Part shown: in pieces, positions 10,548 to 22,393 of the stretch
Layout of the letters: every line of letters begins with the position of its first letter
Position numbering within the stretch: the stretch's first letter is position 1
Assembly: GCF_006345805.1 (NCBI RefSeq)
Contig: NW_021835352.1
Location: forward strand, 1 to 40,779
DNA: 40,779 nt
Origin: Octopus sinensis
Taxonomy: Eukaryota
Direction: 5' to 3'
Notes under the pieces: generated by a model
What the model saw: the letters and a program-made list of their open reading frames with translations, nothing else
Databases searched by the model: none
What the model was told of the DNA's origin: nothing
Program-made: the position numbers and the translations under genes

Positions 10548-11110
10548 TATCCTGATGGAGCATTATCCTGATGGAAGAACACCTTGCGTTTTGAAGCCAA
10601 TCATGGTCGTATTTCTTGTAGCGTAGGTGTCAATGAACGGTTGAATAACCAAATATAAGTTTCTCTGCTAGTTCCTCAACAGTTGCGATGGTATTTTATT
10701 CCACCGGGGTTTGCAAGACATCTTCGTTGAGCTCTACATACCTCCCCGGACGAGGCTCGACCTTCTAGGTTGCAGTTTTCGGCTCGGAATTTCTGGATCC
10801 ACAGTTGAGACTGGCTCACACTTATTGTCCGATGCCCATATACTGCATTAATATTCCTCGCACTTTCCGTTGCGTTGTTGCCTTTATTGAACTCATAAAG
10901 CAAAATATGCCGAATACGCTCCTTTGTGACTTCCATTATAGCTTAGAAGAAATAATTGTTAAAATCGAACTGCACTCTTCAAAACTTGAACTAAGAACAA
11001 GTACAAAGTAAAATTACCACCTGCTTTTATAGCAAGTTGATGTAGGTAGTTTATCCCGTTCCCCTCCAGCTATTAGTTCATGAAATTGAAAAAATCGCAT
11101 TGCTTGTGGG
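10548..11110 (-). pseudogene. Mariner transposase relic: 5' UTR, N-terminal HTH, then a deletion jump to the FHQDNA region
   Basis: MEVTKERIRHILLYEFNKGNNATESARNINAVYG (mariner HTH); after frameshifts KRKVFFHQDNA; 15-bp tandem duplication at the break. Confidence 0.9.
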
Positions 11111-11327
11111 ATGTTGAAAGCTACAGCTTTGAATGTGTCCATTATTTCCCATTGACGAAAGCTACAGAACTAGAAACGCGCGTCTGGGAATCTGACAAAT
11201 TTACAACAATCAGAAGGATCTGTGGAGTCTATAGGTGGTTCCAGTGACTATTATGACTTACCGTACACACACAGAGACATACGTACATACATGCATACAT
11301 ACATATATATACATATATATATGTATG

Positions 11328-11421
<94 letters not shown>

Positions 11422-11964
11422 GAAAGAGAGAGAGAGAGAGAGAGGTAAAGATAGATATGGTCGGTGTATGTATTCCCCCGGGGTTTCCCGTTTAGGGCCT
11501 GGCGAAATGGTGTAAAGCTAAGCGTTTTATGGACGTGAAAGCACGGGTAACCCCATAAACTGAACATATCTATCTTTATCTAAATACTTTACTGCTCTAT
11601 AACTTAGAATGTGCTTCTTTTTCAGAAAGTTACAGAGCCGGTAACTCGTGTGTGAGAATCTGATAGAGAGAAGCAGTGGGTAGATATTTTATCACAAGAA
11701 AGAATTTTTCTCCACGTGAACTATAGTGAATTTGCCTTCGGAAATTGAAATTTGTCACAAATGTATTTTAACGAATCGAAAATTCGTTTATTCCTAACCA
11801 CTGCTTGTCGCTATTTCTGCTATATTCATCCTGAGCAAGCGGTTCGCAAACGCAACTCATCGATGTTGAAAGCTACAGCTTTGAATCTGCTCTGAGTTAT
11901 CTCTCTTCGTTATTTCCCATTGACGAAAGTGAAAGAACTGGAAACACGTGTCTACGAATCTGAT

Positions 11965-12070
11965 AGAGAGAAACACTTGCTTTAAAAAAGGCGCGTTTTC
12001 ATTCCGTTTATAAACCGAATCACAGATGGAAATGCGATCCAAAAGGTTCTTCTCATTCAACTTATATGGT
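11965..12070 (-). pseudogene. Mariner internal fragment (WVPxEL region), inverted relative to the adjacent C-terminal half
   Basis: WVPYKLNEKNLLDRISICDSVYKRNENAPFLKQV. Confidence 0.85.
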
Positions 12071-12643
12071 ACCCAAAAGCGGGTCTTCATCATAAAAAAG
12101 TCTTGCTTTGTGTCTGGTGGGATTGGAAAGGAATTCTGTACTATGAGCTTCTCCCAAGTAACCAGACAATCAATTCTGAGAAATACTGCACACAACTGGA
12201 CGAGTTAAAAGCAGCAATTCAAGAGAAACATCCAGAATTGAACAACAGGAAGAGTGTTGTTTTCCAACATGATAATGCAAGATAGCACGTTTCTTTGGGA
12301 ACCAGACAAAAATTGCTGCAGCTTGGCTGGGATGTGTTACTCCACCCTTCACATTCACCAGATATTGCTCCTTCGGATTTCTACTTATTCAGGTCTCTGC
12401 AGAATAGTCTTAATGGTAAAATTGTAATTCCTTGGATGAAGTAAAAAAAAATACCTTGATGAATTCTTTGCCATGAAACCATCTCAATTCTGGGAAGAGG
12501 GTATTTTCAAGTTAAAGGAAAGATGGAGACGCATTGTGCAACAAAATGGTTCATATTTGGTTGATTAAAAATGTAATGGCAAGTGTTTATTGACGTTTTT
12601 CTTTCCTTTAAAAATCGGCACGAACTTTCCAGACAACCCAATA
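12071..12643 (+). pseudogene. Mariner transposase C-terminal half with right TIR and TA
   Basis: KKVLLCVWWDWKGILYYELL...VFQHDNAR*...HPSHSPDIAPSDFYLFRSLQ...ERWRRIVQQNGSYLVD*; ends cggcacgaactttccagacaacccaa|ta. Confidence 0.92.
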
Positions 12644-12808
12644 TGTATATAGGTAGATAGATACAGATATAGATGCAAATATTAATAAATATGTTTTCTA
12701 CTACAATATTCACTTTAACGTTACATTTTATTGATATATAAAATCACACAGAATCAAACGTTAATATATGTGTGTGCGTATGTTTGTTTGTGTATATGTA
12801 TGTGCGTG

Positions 12809-12840
<32 letters not shown>

Positions 12841-12898
12841 TGTATGTATGTATGCATGCATGCATGCATGCATGTTTGTATGTATGTATGTATGTATG

Positions 12899-12930
<32 letters not shown>

Positions 12931-13530
12931 GATGTAGGGGTGAGGTGTGTACGCGTATTTGTAGACGTAAGTAAAGACGATTTATTTATCAGCAAAGCGT
13001 GTGTGTGTGCATCAAATGTGTAGCAGCGGCAATACCATCTGTTATGACGTCAATGGAATCGAGAAAGAGGGAGAGATAGAGAAATAGATATTTAGAGAGA
13101 GAGAGAGAGAGAGTGTTAGAGGGGCTGAAAGTTAGAGTGTGTGAGTGACAGAGGCAAGTTTCTTAAGTGACAAGGTTAATAGCCAAGAATTCACCAACAC
13201 ATATGTAATTGTAGAAAATAAACGGTGGCTATTGAAACAATGCTGAATTGTAAATCTGGGCGTCAAATGTACACATACGCAAAACTTATTCAGATACATG
13301 TCACACGCATACATGCTCATACGACGCATATATGTAAATATAATGACATACGAAAAGAGAAACGTAAACACAAGCGCTAACACGTTCGCTCAGAGAACTT
13401 GCATTTATTTAATTGGGCAAACAAGCGAACACAATCAGCTTTGTTAACATAACGTACGTATACATTAACGCATCTACTTAACTTACGCACAACCTTAATA
13501 GTACATCTTTACACGCACACAATTCATTGC

Positions 13531-13699
<169 letters not shown>

Positions 13700-13732
13700 C
13701 ATCTATCTACCTATCTATCTATCTATTAATTT

Positions 13733-14150
13733 ACCCACTTGCAAACAAATGTGGTAACATATAACAATATTGATCAAGGTTACCGTGGTCTTTTTCGTAG
13801 GCTTTTCTTCCCACGGATAAACCTTACTTGCTTTCCCCTTTACACCATATATCATAACACTGTGATACACGATCCCTATTGATCGTTTTTTTTTCCTCTT
13901 CCCCTTTTTTTCCCCTTTTTTCTTCTTTTTTCATTTCTCTTCTCTTTTGTTCCTTTTCCTTTTCTTCTTTTTTTTATTTTTATTTTTTTATTTTTTATTT
14001 TATTTTATTATTTTTTTTGTTCTTTTCTTCCCTCTTGATCGAAAACCTACGCCACCCCTTTTTTTTTTGATTTTTCATCCCCCAAAAGAAAAGCTCTACC
14101 TTGTAACTTGTCCCATCTGTGTGCAGCCCTGTGTGGCCAATAAAGAAACT
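13733..14150 (+). mobile_element. 5'-truncated retroelement 3' end (LINE 3' UTR-like) with 9-bp target-site duplication
   Basis: Flanked by tattaattt at 13724-13732 and 14151-14159; absent from the duplicate copy; ends gccctgtgtggccaataaagaaac. Confidence 0.75.
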
Positions 14151-14372
14151 TATTAATTTTGATTTTCTATTTTTACTATATTTATAATCTGTAGAATTTG
14201 CGGATAGACGCAAAGGCCGAGAGATTCGGCCATTGGTACACATCAAATTTATAACACTTGCCCCTTGAGTCACTTCCGTTGATTGATAACAACAGCAACA
14301 ACAACAACAACAACAACAGCAGCAGCAGCCACAGCAGCAGTAACAAGAATTATAATAATATTAATTCATTTT

Positions 14373-14590
14373 AAGGTGGCGAGCTGGCAGAAACGTTAGC
14401 ACGTTGAACGAAATGCTTAGCAGTATTTCGTCTGTCTTTATGTTCTGAGTTCAAATTTCGCCGAGGTCGACTTTGCCTTTCATTCTTACGGGGTCGATAA
14501 ATTAAGTACCAGTTGCGTACTGAGATCGACCTAATCGATTGGCCCTCTCCCACCAAATTTCAGGCCTTGTGCTTATAGTAAAAAGGATTT
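14373..14590 (+). mobile_element. SINE family S1
   Basis: aaggtggcgagctggcagaaacgttagc...gttcaaatttcg... tail. Confidence 0.9.
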
Positions 14591-15037
14591 AATTAGGCAA
14601 ACAAACGAACATAATCAGCTTTGTTAACATAACTTACGTATACATTAACGCATCTACTTAACTTACAGTCAGCCTTAATAGTACATCTTTACATGCACAC
14701 AGTTCATTGCCTATTTATCTATCTATTAATTTTAATTTTCTTTTTTTTTACTATATTTATAATCTGCAGAATTTGCGCATCGACGCAAAGGCCGAGAGAT
14801 TCGGCCATTGGTACACAACAAATTCATAACTCTTGGCCCTTGAGTCACTTTCGCTGATTGATAACAACAACAACAACAGCATCATCATCATCATCCTTCT
14901 TCTTCTTTGCTTTTCATCCTTTCGGAGTCGATAAATTAAGTACCAATTGCGTACTGGGGTCGATTTAATCGACTGGCCTCTTCCTCCAAAATTTCAGGCC
15001 TTGTGCCAAGAGTAAAAAAGAATAATAATTCGCTTTA

Positions 15038-15247
15038 TTAAAGGCACAAGGGACAAAATTTCATTGGAGGAGGGTAGTCAATTACATCAACTCCATCGCA
15101 TGGTGTGTACTCATTTTATCGATCCCGAAAGGAGTGAAAGGCAAACTCTACCTCGGTGAAATTTGTACTAAGAACGTAAAGAGTCACAAAATGCCGCTAT
15201 GCAGCTTTTTTTCCAATGTGCTAAAGATTTTGCCAGCTCACGGCCTT
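15038..15247 (-). mobile_element. SINE family S1, diverged
   Basis: Reverse complement of the S1 head and centre. Confidence 0.8.
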
Positions 15248-15251
15248 AAAT

Positions 15252-15905
15252 AATAATAATAATAATAATAATGATAATATCATTTATTTGCCACAAGGAC
15301 AAAGGATGAGGGAGAATAATACAAAGACAGACATGAAGTGTGGGTGGTTACCTATAATGAAATGATAATAACAAAATAAGTATACACGGTATACACTGAA
15401 AAAAGAGAGGGACATAAGCATAGCATAGAAAGGTTTAAGACAAAAAAAGCAAATAGCGACGGGGATGATAGAGATGTGGCCCTCCTGATTTAGGAAGGCC
15501 TCTAGGGATAATCGAGGAATCCCACTGTCCGAGATTTCCTTGAAATCCAAGTGCAAGTGCCCTCATCAATTCCTTCTTTCCGACTCAAAGGTCTACACTC
15601 ATCCACTCTTGCCATTTTTTTAACTTTCACCCACCTTTCAATAACTTCATTCGAGTACAGCACTTCTCTCTCCACTTCGAATTTCCTTTTGAAGTGAAAC
15701 TTGAAGACGTCAAAGACAGCTCTACAAAAGAGGAATGTATCTGTCCTCATGTCTTTCAGCTTTGTCCACCAAACAACCCCTTTCGCCACAGCTACCAGGC
15801 TAAGGAAAACTGCTTTACCCGAATGAAGGAGGGTAGAAGGGTGATCATCATAACAGACTCAGCTGACAGACGGATCCGTCCCACACGTGACAGCAGTTGT
15901 TCGAC
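15252..15905 (-). mobile_element. L1/Tx1-like LINE 3' fragment (ORF2 C-terminus, 3' UTR, (ATT)n tail)
   Basis: VEQLLSRVGRIRLSAES...AKGVVWWTKLK...FKFHFKRKFEVEREVL...IERWVKV resembles the Tx1-type ORF2 end (recalled motif AKxxxWxxR...F...W); aataaa then (ATT)n. Confidence 0.65.
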
Positions 15906-15911
15906 ATGACC

Positions 15912-16415
15912 TTATAAGTCAGCAATGCCCAGACACTGAAAAACTACTCAAGTCAAGAAAAACTGCTTAAGTCAAGAAAGAGCATGTGATGAAGCGTGTG
16001 ACAGAATTAAAGGAAAGAGAATGTTATACAAAAAGAGTACGCCAAACAGATCGAATAGAAATCTCTGCGTGGCCAGTTTTGGAGAGCCACAGAAGACGTG
16101 TGAGGAACAAAATCCTGGGCTTGGTTAAAAAAATGGGCAATTAAAAAAAAACATAAAGGTTGTGCCTATAATAATAGGTGCGCTAGGAACAGTAAGCCAA
16201 GATATTGACAAATGGCTGAAGGAGATTGAAATAGTATGCCCGGTAGAGCTTCTACAGAAAGTTTGTCTCTTAAGGAAAACAAGGACTGTCAGGAGGGTCC
16301 TAAGTATTGAAAGACTGCTGAAAACTCGCAGATACCTAAGGTTATAGATAATAACCCCCTATCTATATAATCACTACCAGGAATAAGACCGAACCTGAGA
16401 CAAACAAAAATAATG

Positions 16416-16446
<31 letters not shown>

Positions 16447-16452
16447 TGATGA

Positions 16453-16455
<3 letters not shown>
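15912..16455 (+). mobile_element. R4/Dong-like RLE LINE 3' fragment with internal deletion and (TAA)n tail
   Basis: LRGQFW...SWAWLK, then IKVVPIIIGALGTV...LLQKVCLL...RRVLSI; 3' UTR; (TAA)n. Confidence 0.8.
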
Positions 16456-16512
<57 letters not shown>

Positions 16513-16773
16513 CATTATTATAGGTTAGTTGATTTAGAGAATAAAATAACAGTCTAAGGGATAGACTATCCATCACACTACCGGTATATTACCTATATTT
16601 AACCTTGGACATATATATGCAACCGTATGTTCATAAGTTATAGGTAAACACAAGGATATACATGGGTTTATCAAGACTCAAAATTGAAAAAGAACAAAAA
16701 ATAGAGAAGTACTGACAAATAACAATCGATTTACATCGATTATTATATATTAATTCAATCCAAATAGACTGCA

Positions 16774-16901
16774 TCCCATCTAACAGCTGTTTCTGCTTCC
16801 AATGTTGTAATGGTATTGCTATTGATATGCAAAAATATATACAAATATTAATCATATTTGGCAATAAAACCCATCTGAAACAAGAAGCTTCATCAGAGGG
16901 A
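16774..16901 (-). ncRNA. Degenerate type I HHR with long stem II insert
   Basis: CCCU-CUGAUGA-A-GCUUC(U)...(G)GAAGC-A-GAA-ACAGCUGU-U-AGAUGGG; canonical core, palindromic stem III, weak stem I. Confidence 0.55.
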
Positions 16902-18010
16902 CGGATAAATAAAGAAGGTCATAGAGAAGAAAAAAAGGAACAGTTGAATATGGTTGTACTCATACCATTTTGCTTGTGTGTCTCTTTAGGCCGTTAAGTA
17001 AAATACTAAAACAAAATAGCAATTAGTGGATTAATCCTTTGTACCATAGGAGGTGGGGATATGGTGGTTAAAGAATAAAAAACAAAAAATCATAGCGGGA
17101 TACGCAAATAGGTTTTAGTCGGAGAAGGGGTTGTAGATAGAGTAAGGTTTTATATTAATCATAATAATTTATAATAGTTATGTTTGTAGTACTAATTAAT
17201 TGTATTAATCATTATAAAGCGCCAATTGATTAAATACAATTTATTTATTTACTAGTAGGTGGTTAAGCCCTTCTACCTGTTGTCCGAAGGGAGATAGGGT
17301 AAGGTTCAACGTTCGATATAATTGGTCAGATGAAATTTATAAACTAAAGACCAGCTATTGCGACTGTTATACGGGGTAAGATAAATAAATGAATAGGAAG
17401 ATGGTGTATGTTATAAGGGGCCCTAAAACGCTTAGGGTAGTAAAAACTAGATTTAAAAAAATAATATTATGGAATGAATATTAAGAGAGAAACCTATTCG
17501 GACATTTAGGAAGTAAGACGGTTAAGGTTGGAAATGGTCCAACAGTTTATCAATATGAATGCGAAATCTGTAAAAACAATGAAACAAAATAATACCGTAG
17601 GGAAGTTATTGAAATATTTCTGATTAAGGGGAGGTAATAACTAGGGTAAGTGGCCATAATTAGTGACTGCTGGTTGCAGTACGCCCACAAAAAATGAGTT
17701 GACTAGCCTAACAGACAATTTTTGAGCTAATTGGTTAAGTGATCTTAAAATCAATCAGCGTAGTGGTCAATTAAATAAGTAAAAGTAGATATCCCTAATT
17801 AAATTAATGGTTACAATCTATAGTTGAAATTTAAAATTAAAATACTTGCAGGTTTGTTTTTACAAATGTAAGCTCTTACTACAATTTGCTCATGCATTCA
17901 TACACAAAAAATCTACATGCATGTATATGCATATGCACACACTTTTACAAATACATATATATCTATCACATATATGTATATACATACATACACACACATA
18001 CACACTGACA

Positions 18011-18091
<81 letters not shown>

Positions 18092-18251
18092 CACCTATGT
18101 ACAATCTCATACACGTATGCACACTCACATACAGCATGCAGCCACACAAGTACTCGTTTATGTACCCGAATAATTATAATATATATCATATCGCTATGTA
18201 ACACATACATGGGTACTTACTTATGCCAGTTTCAACAATTAACCCCCCATA

Positions 18252-18472
18252 CCCTTTCGTTACTGTATTTATTTTGAGATGCTCTGTGTTTGTTTCAATT
18301 ACTTTAAATATAACAAAGAATTTAGTAAAATAACTTAGTTGTCATTTAGCTTGTATTAGGAACATAAATTGTGACTGAGGTTTGGTGGAAAGTTTAAATT
18401 CAAAACTTATGAAAACAAGACATTTGTACTACAGAGCCAGAGGCGGTTTCAGCCAGGTTGGTAACGAAAGGG
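18252..18472. mobile_element. piggyBac-like MITE
   Basis: 12-bp TIRs ccctttcgttac / gtaacgaaaggg; right flank ttac (near TTAA), left flank decayed. Confidence 0.7.
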
Positions 18473-19689
18473 TTACACATAATCACAATAATAACAATAT
18501 TAATAGCACGTAGATAAGTGCTAACTGCAAAAGAAAGATCAAGCAAATACATAACTAAAAGGGAGTGTAGGGTGTCAAGTTCGTATTAAAGTGTTAAATA
18601 AATATTTCGTTGTGCGGTGGGGAGTGGTAGTGAGATGTGTAAATCCAATAGGGGTCTTCATTCAGTAGAAGTAGATCAATGCTGACTTCGAATGGTCTAG
18701 AATAAACTAAAGTAAAACAAGCAAACAATGAGTATGTGATGGTAAAGTATGTTATAAATACAGACAAATTCATTCATTATTACGGTGGAGATCAGGATAC
18801 TATTAACGGGGTGTGTATGATAGAGGAATGGATGCTTGTGCATTCTATAGTCTAAATTTATGTTAAGAGTTAAGAGAACTGGCATTATATGGTTATAAGA
18901 GGGCGTAAAAGTTGTTTTGAGGCCTAGTAAAATGGTGCAATATGATATAATTTAGTTATTATGTATAGGAGAGGGGTCTTAAAACTCAGACAGGTTAGTT
19001 TAAGGGTATTAATAATGGTTACCTAGGTACGTAAATCTATTAACCAAACTTAATTACAATTCATACATGCATATATACATATACATTCATAAATACATAC
19101 ATTTATACATTCATACATACATATATACATACATGCATACATACATACATACATATATACATACATACATACATACATACATACATACATACATACATAC
19201 ATACATACATACATGGTGGTTGTCTACTCCCTATGCAGAGTCTGACAAACACTTGTACTTACGCTTTAGATTTACTATGGCGTCTAATGTGACTTTTAAG
19301 GCAGACAAAGATTTGAAAAAAACACCCACATAAATTCCGTAACTGCTTAGGGCCATAAAGAGCCGTACTTAAGTTCGAAATTTTGTGGATTTTAAAATGT
19401 CTCTTGTGGCCACTGTTAGATTTGCAGACCTTATGGCTTGCATGCACAGATAGATAGGCAGAGCGTCAGGTGGAAGTTCGTTTTTCATAGGTCTTCAAAT
19501 GAGATTTGAACCCAGCAAAAGGAGGACATGGTCTGTCACAAATTGTGCACACAAAATGGTGTTTGAGATTAATTTTCTCGTCGATCACAGCATTTTTCTT
19601 TAAATACATACATACATGCACGCATACATGCATAGACACATATCTACACACAAAAAATGCACACAAATACATACATACACGAACATATA

Positions 19690-19885
19690 AGTATAGACCG
19701 TTAGGTCCTACACGCATTTTTTTCACTCCTTGTTTCTCTCCTTGTTTCTTTTCTGTGTATCTTTCTGTCGAAGAGCGTAGGCTCGAAACGTAAAAGACTT
19801 GTTCTATTTCTATTCCTGAGCGCCATACTAATACATTTGTTTGTTTGTACTCCATCAGTCTTCGTCTTTTGTTTATTTTCGTAAA
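19690..19885 (+). mobile_element. Short HHR-bearing non-autonomous element (copy 1)
   Basis: Homologous to 22745-22962; followed by (TA)n. Confidence 0.75.
19760..19797 (+). ncRNA. Minimal type I HHR-like motif with U at core position 6
   Basis: UCUUU-CUGUCGA-A-GAGC-GUAG-GCUC-GAA-ACGU-A-AAAGA; predicted GUA site after 19792. Confidence 0.65.
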
Positions 19886-19893
19886 CCTTCCCG

Positions 19894-19927
<34 letters not shown>

Positions 19928-20099
19928 GTCTTATATGAAGTTAAATATACATTCCAATAGAGTACATATAAATTTTTCCGACACCAGACGGTCTTCTACA
20001 TCACCGACAACCATTTCCTTGTAAAAGTTCATAATACACACATGCAAACACCCCCCCACACACACACACTAATATACAAACACACATACACACACACAC

Positions 20100-20176
20100 G
20101 CAATCCATACAGCCGGGATCACAAAACATTACGAAATGATACACACTATCCGGATAACGACCCCGCTTATTACATT
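20100..20176 (-). CDS. Candidate 77-bp Cys-rich exon (xCNKRGRYPDSVYHFVMFCDPGCMDC), unverified
   Basis: Acceptor tcttgatttcactatag, one open frame, weak donor GC|gtgtgt at the start of a microsatellite. Confidence 0.2.
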
Positions 20177-20787
20177 CTATAGTGAAATCAAGACACGTCC
20201 AATTTAGTAACAATCTCACACGGCAAATACTCTGATATATTAATCTCTCAATTAAATAAGACAACAAACTCACTTAACACATATTCTACTTAATTACCTC
20301 TTAATGCCATAAAAGCTTTCACAACATGCAATAACGATACTTAAACGACAAGTTACGTTAAAACTAATCGAAGAACCTAGCAAATTAGACGTAACATAAA
20401 ACATGCAAACATTTTTATATTAACCCTGAAAACAATGCTGATCACGCATGAGGAACATGGAGATTAGCTTTGTAGCAACAGAGATTGAAAGAGGGGAAGA
20501 AAAAAATAGAGAGAAGAAAGGAAACAGTCATAGCTGTGTGGTTCAGAATTTCGCTTCACAAACATGTGTTTTTAGGTTCAACTTCACACAGTGCAGTACT
20601 TTGGATAAGTGCGTAGGTTTCAGCAGTTAAAGGTAGGTGTATCAGGGTAATAGATAGAGTGTGACTTATGCGAATAATTGGCTAATGGCGTTTTCAGTTC
20701 TATACCAGATGATGTATACGCACTATGCAATGCGTATTATTCTTAAACTTCTTTAATTTTACATTATATATAATATATATATAATAT

Positions 20788-20862
<75 letters not shown>

Positions 20863-20996
20863 ATACATACATTCACACACTCATATATAATAATAATAAT
20901 AATATATACATATGTATATGTATGAATATATGTATATCTATATATGTATGTATATATATGTATATATATGTATGTATATATATATGTATATATATG

Positions 20997-21030
<34 letters not shown>

Positions 21031-21062
21031 TATGTGTGTATGTATGTATGTATGTATGTATG

Positions 21063-21094
<32 letters not shown>

Positions 21095-21127
21095 TGCTTG
21101 CATGCATGCATGTATGTATGTATGTAT

Positions 21128-21240
21128 GCATGAGGGGATTAGTCAATTACATCGACTTCAGTGTTTCACTGGTCCTTAATTTATTGACCCCGAAGGATGA
21201 AAGGCAAAGTCAACCTCGGCGGAATCTGAACACAGAACGT
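21128..21240 (-). mobile_element. SINE S1 partial
   Basis: gacccc.aaggatgaaaggcaaagtc.acctcggcggaat reverse match to the S1 centre. Confidence 0.8.
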
Positions 21241-21254
21241 TGCTGCTGCTGCTG

Positions 21255-21290
<36 letters not shown>

Positions 21291-21307
21291 TACTACTACT
21301 ACTACTA

Positions 21308-21342
<35 letters not shown>

Positions 21343-21384
21343 ATAATAATAATAATATTAATAATATTAATAATGATAGCAATA

Positions 21385-21665
21385 ATAATAATCGGACGCT
21401 GCGGTTTGTGTGCAAACACGAAAGCAGCAAAAAATCAGATTCTATTCTTAAAGAAGCTTGCAAATTCGCAAGGGGATTTGGAATTAACCTTGAAATAGTA
21501 GAAAAACCTGAAACCATTACCACAAAACGCGCGAAACGGATCAAGTAGGTTGCAAAAAAAAAAAAAAAATTGAGGAGCGTTGGAAGCAGATGCCTCTTCA
21601 TGGACAGTATATACTTCCTACTTGAAATGCTGATTGAGACCAAAGCAACAACCCATCAGCGACTC
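21385..21665 (+). mobile_element. R4/Dong-like LINE internal fragment
   Basis: SILKEACKFARGFG...EERWKQMPLHGQY (the WxxxPLHGQ motif precedes the zinc knuckle in this clade); preceded by (TAA)n. Confidence 0.65.
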
Positions 21666-22004
21666 CTGTCCTTGACTGTTACTTATTTTATTGACCTCAA
21701 AAAGCTGAAAAGGGAAAACTTGGTGGTGATTGAACTTAGAGCGTAAAGATATACGAAAGGCTTTGCCAGCTCGCTGACTGAATACAACATAAAATAATCT
21801 ACAGGAGTGGCTGTGTGGTAAATAGTTTGCTTACTAACCACATGGTTCCGGGTTCAGTCACACTGCGTGACACCTTGGGCAAGTGTCTTCTACTATAGCC
21901 TCGGGCCGACCAAGCCTTGTGAGTGGATTTTGGTAGACGGAAACTGAAAGAAGCTCATCATATATGTGTATATATACATACATACATACATATATATATA
22001 TATT

Positions 22005-22060
<56 letters not shown>

Positions 22061-22182
22061 ATCCAAACAAGAAAACACACAAAAAAGAGAAAAAAAAAGA
22101 GAAAAAATGAGAAAAAAACACAGCAACGCAGGACGTGGAACAATTAAAGTATTATTAACGCTCAGGAAAGAAGGGAAGGAGG

Positions 22183-22217
22183 GTTCAACGTTTCGAGCGG
22201 AGCTCTTCGTCGGAAAC
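22183..22217 (-). ncRNA. Minimal type I HHR-like motif with C at core position 4
   Basis: GUUU-CCGACGA-A-GAGC-UCC-GCUC-GAA-ACGU-U-GAAC. Confidence 0.55.
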
Positions 22218-22393
22218 AAGGAGAAGGAAAGATCCCAAGGAGGGAAGACAGAGGAGAAAATATTTGAGCTGGTAGTGCTCAAGAGATCACCGGAGTATGC
22301 ACATAAATGTGAAACAAGGTGGAAAAAAGAGTACTCAAATACAAGAGGTAGAGTAATATGCTTTATTTAAAAGCAGCAGAAATATAAGAAAAG

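Larger units (their letters stand above)
16520..19050 (-). mobile_element. Unassigned ~2.5-kb non-coding element with an HHR-like motif, ending in (TAA)n; interrupted by microsatellites and a MITE
   Basis: Uniform strand-biased composition at 16520-17840 and 18480-19050, no long ORF, HHR-like fold at 16774-16901; continuity across the interruption is inferred. Confidence 0.4.

Noticed and set aside
16540-19050. Possible mitochondrial insertion (NUMT), also considered for 6060-6530
   Set aside because: Strand-biased AT-rich texture resembles mtDNA, but spot translations with the invertebrate mitochondrial code hit frequent stops and gave no recognisable cox, nad, cob, atp or rRNA motif.
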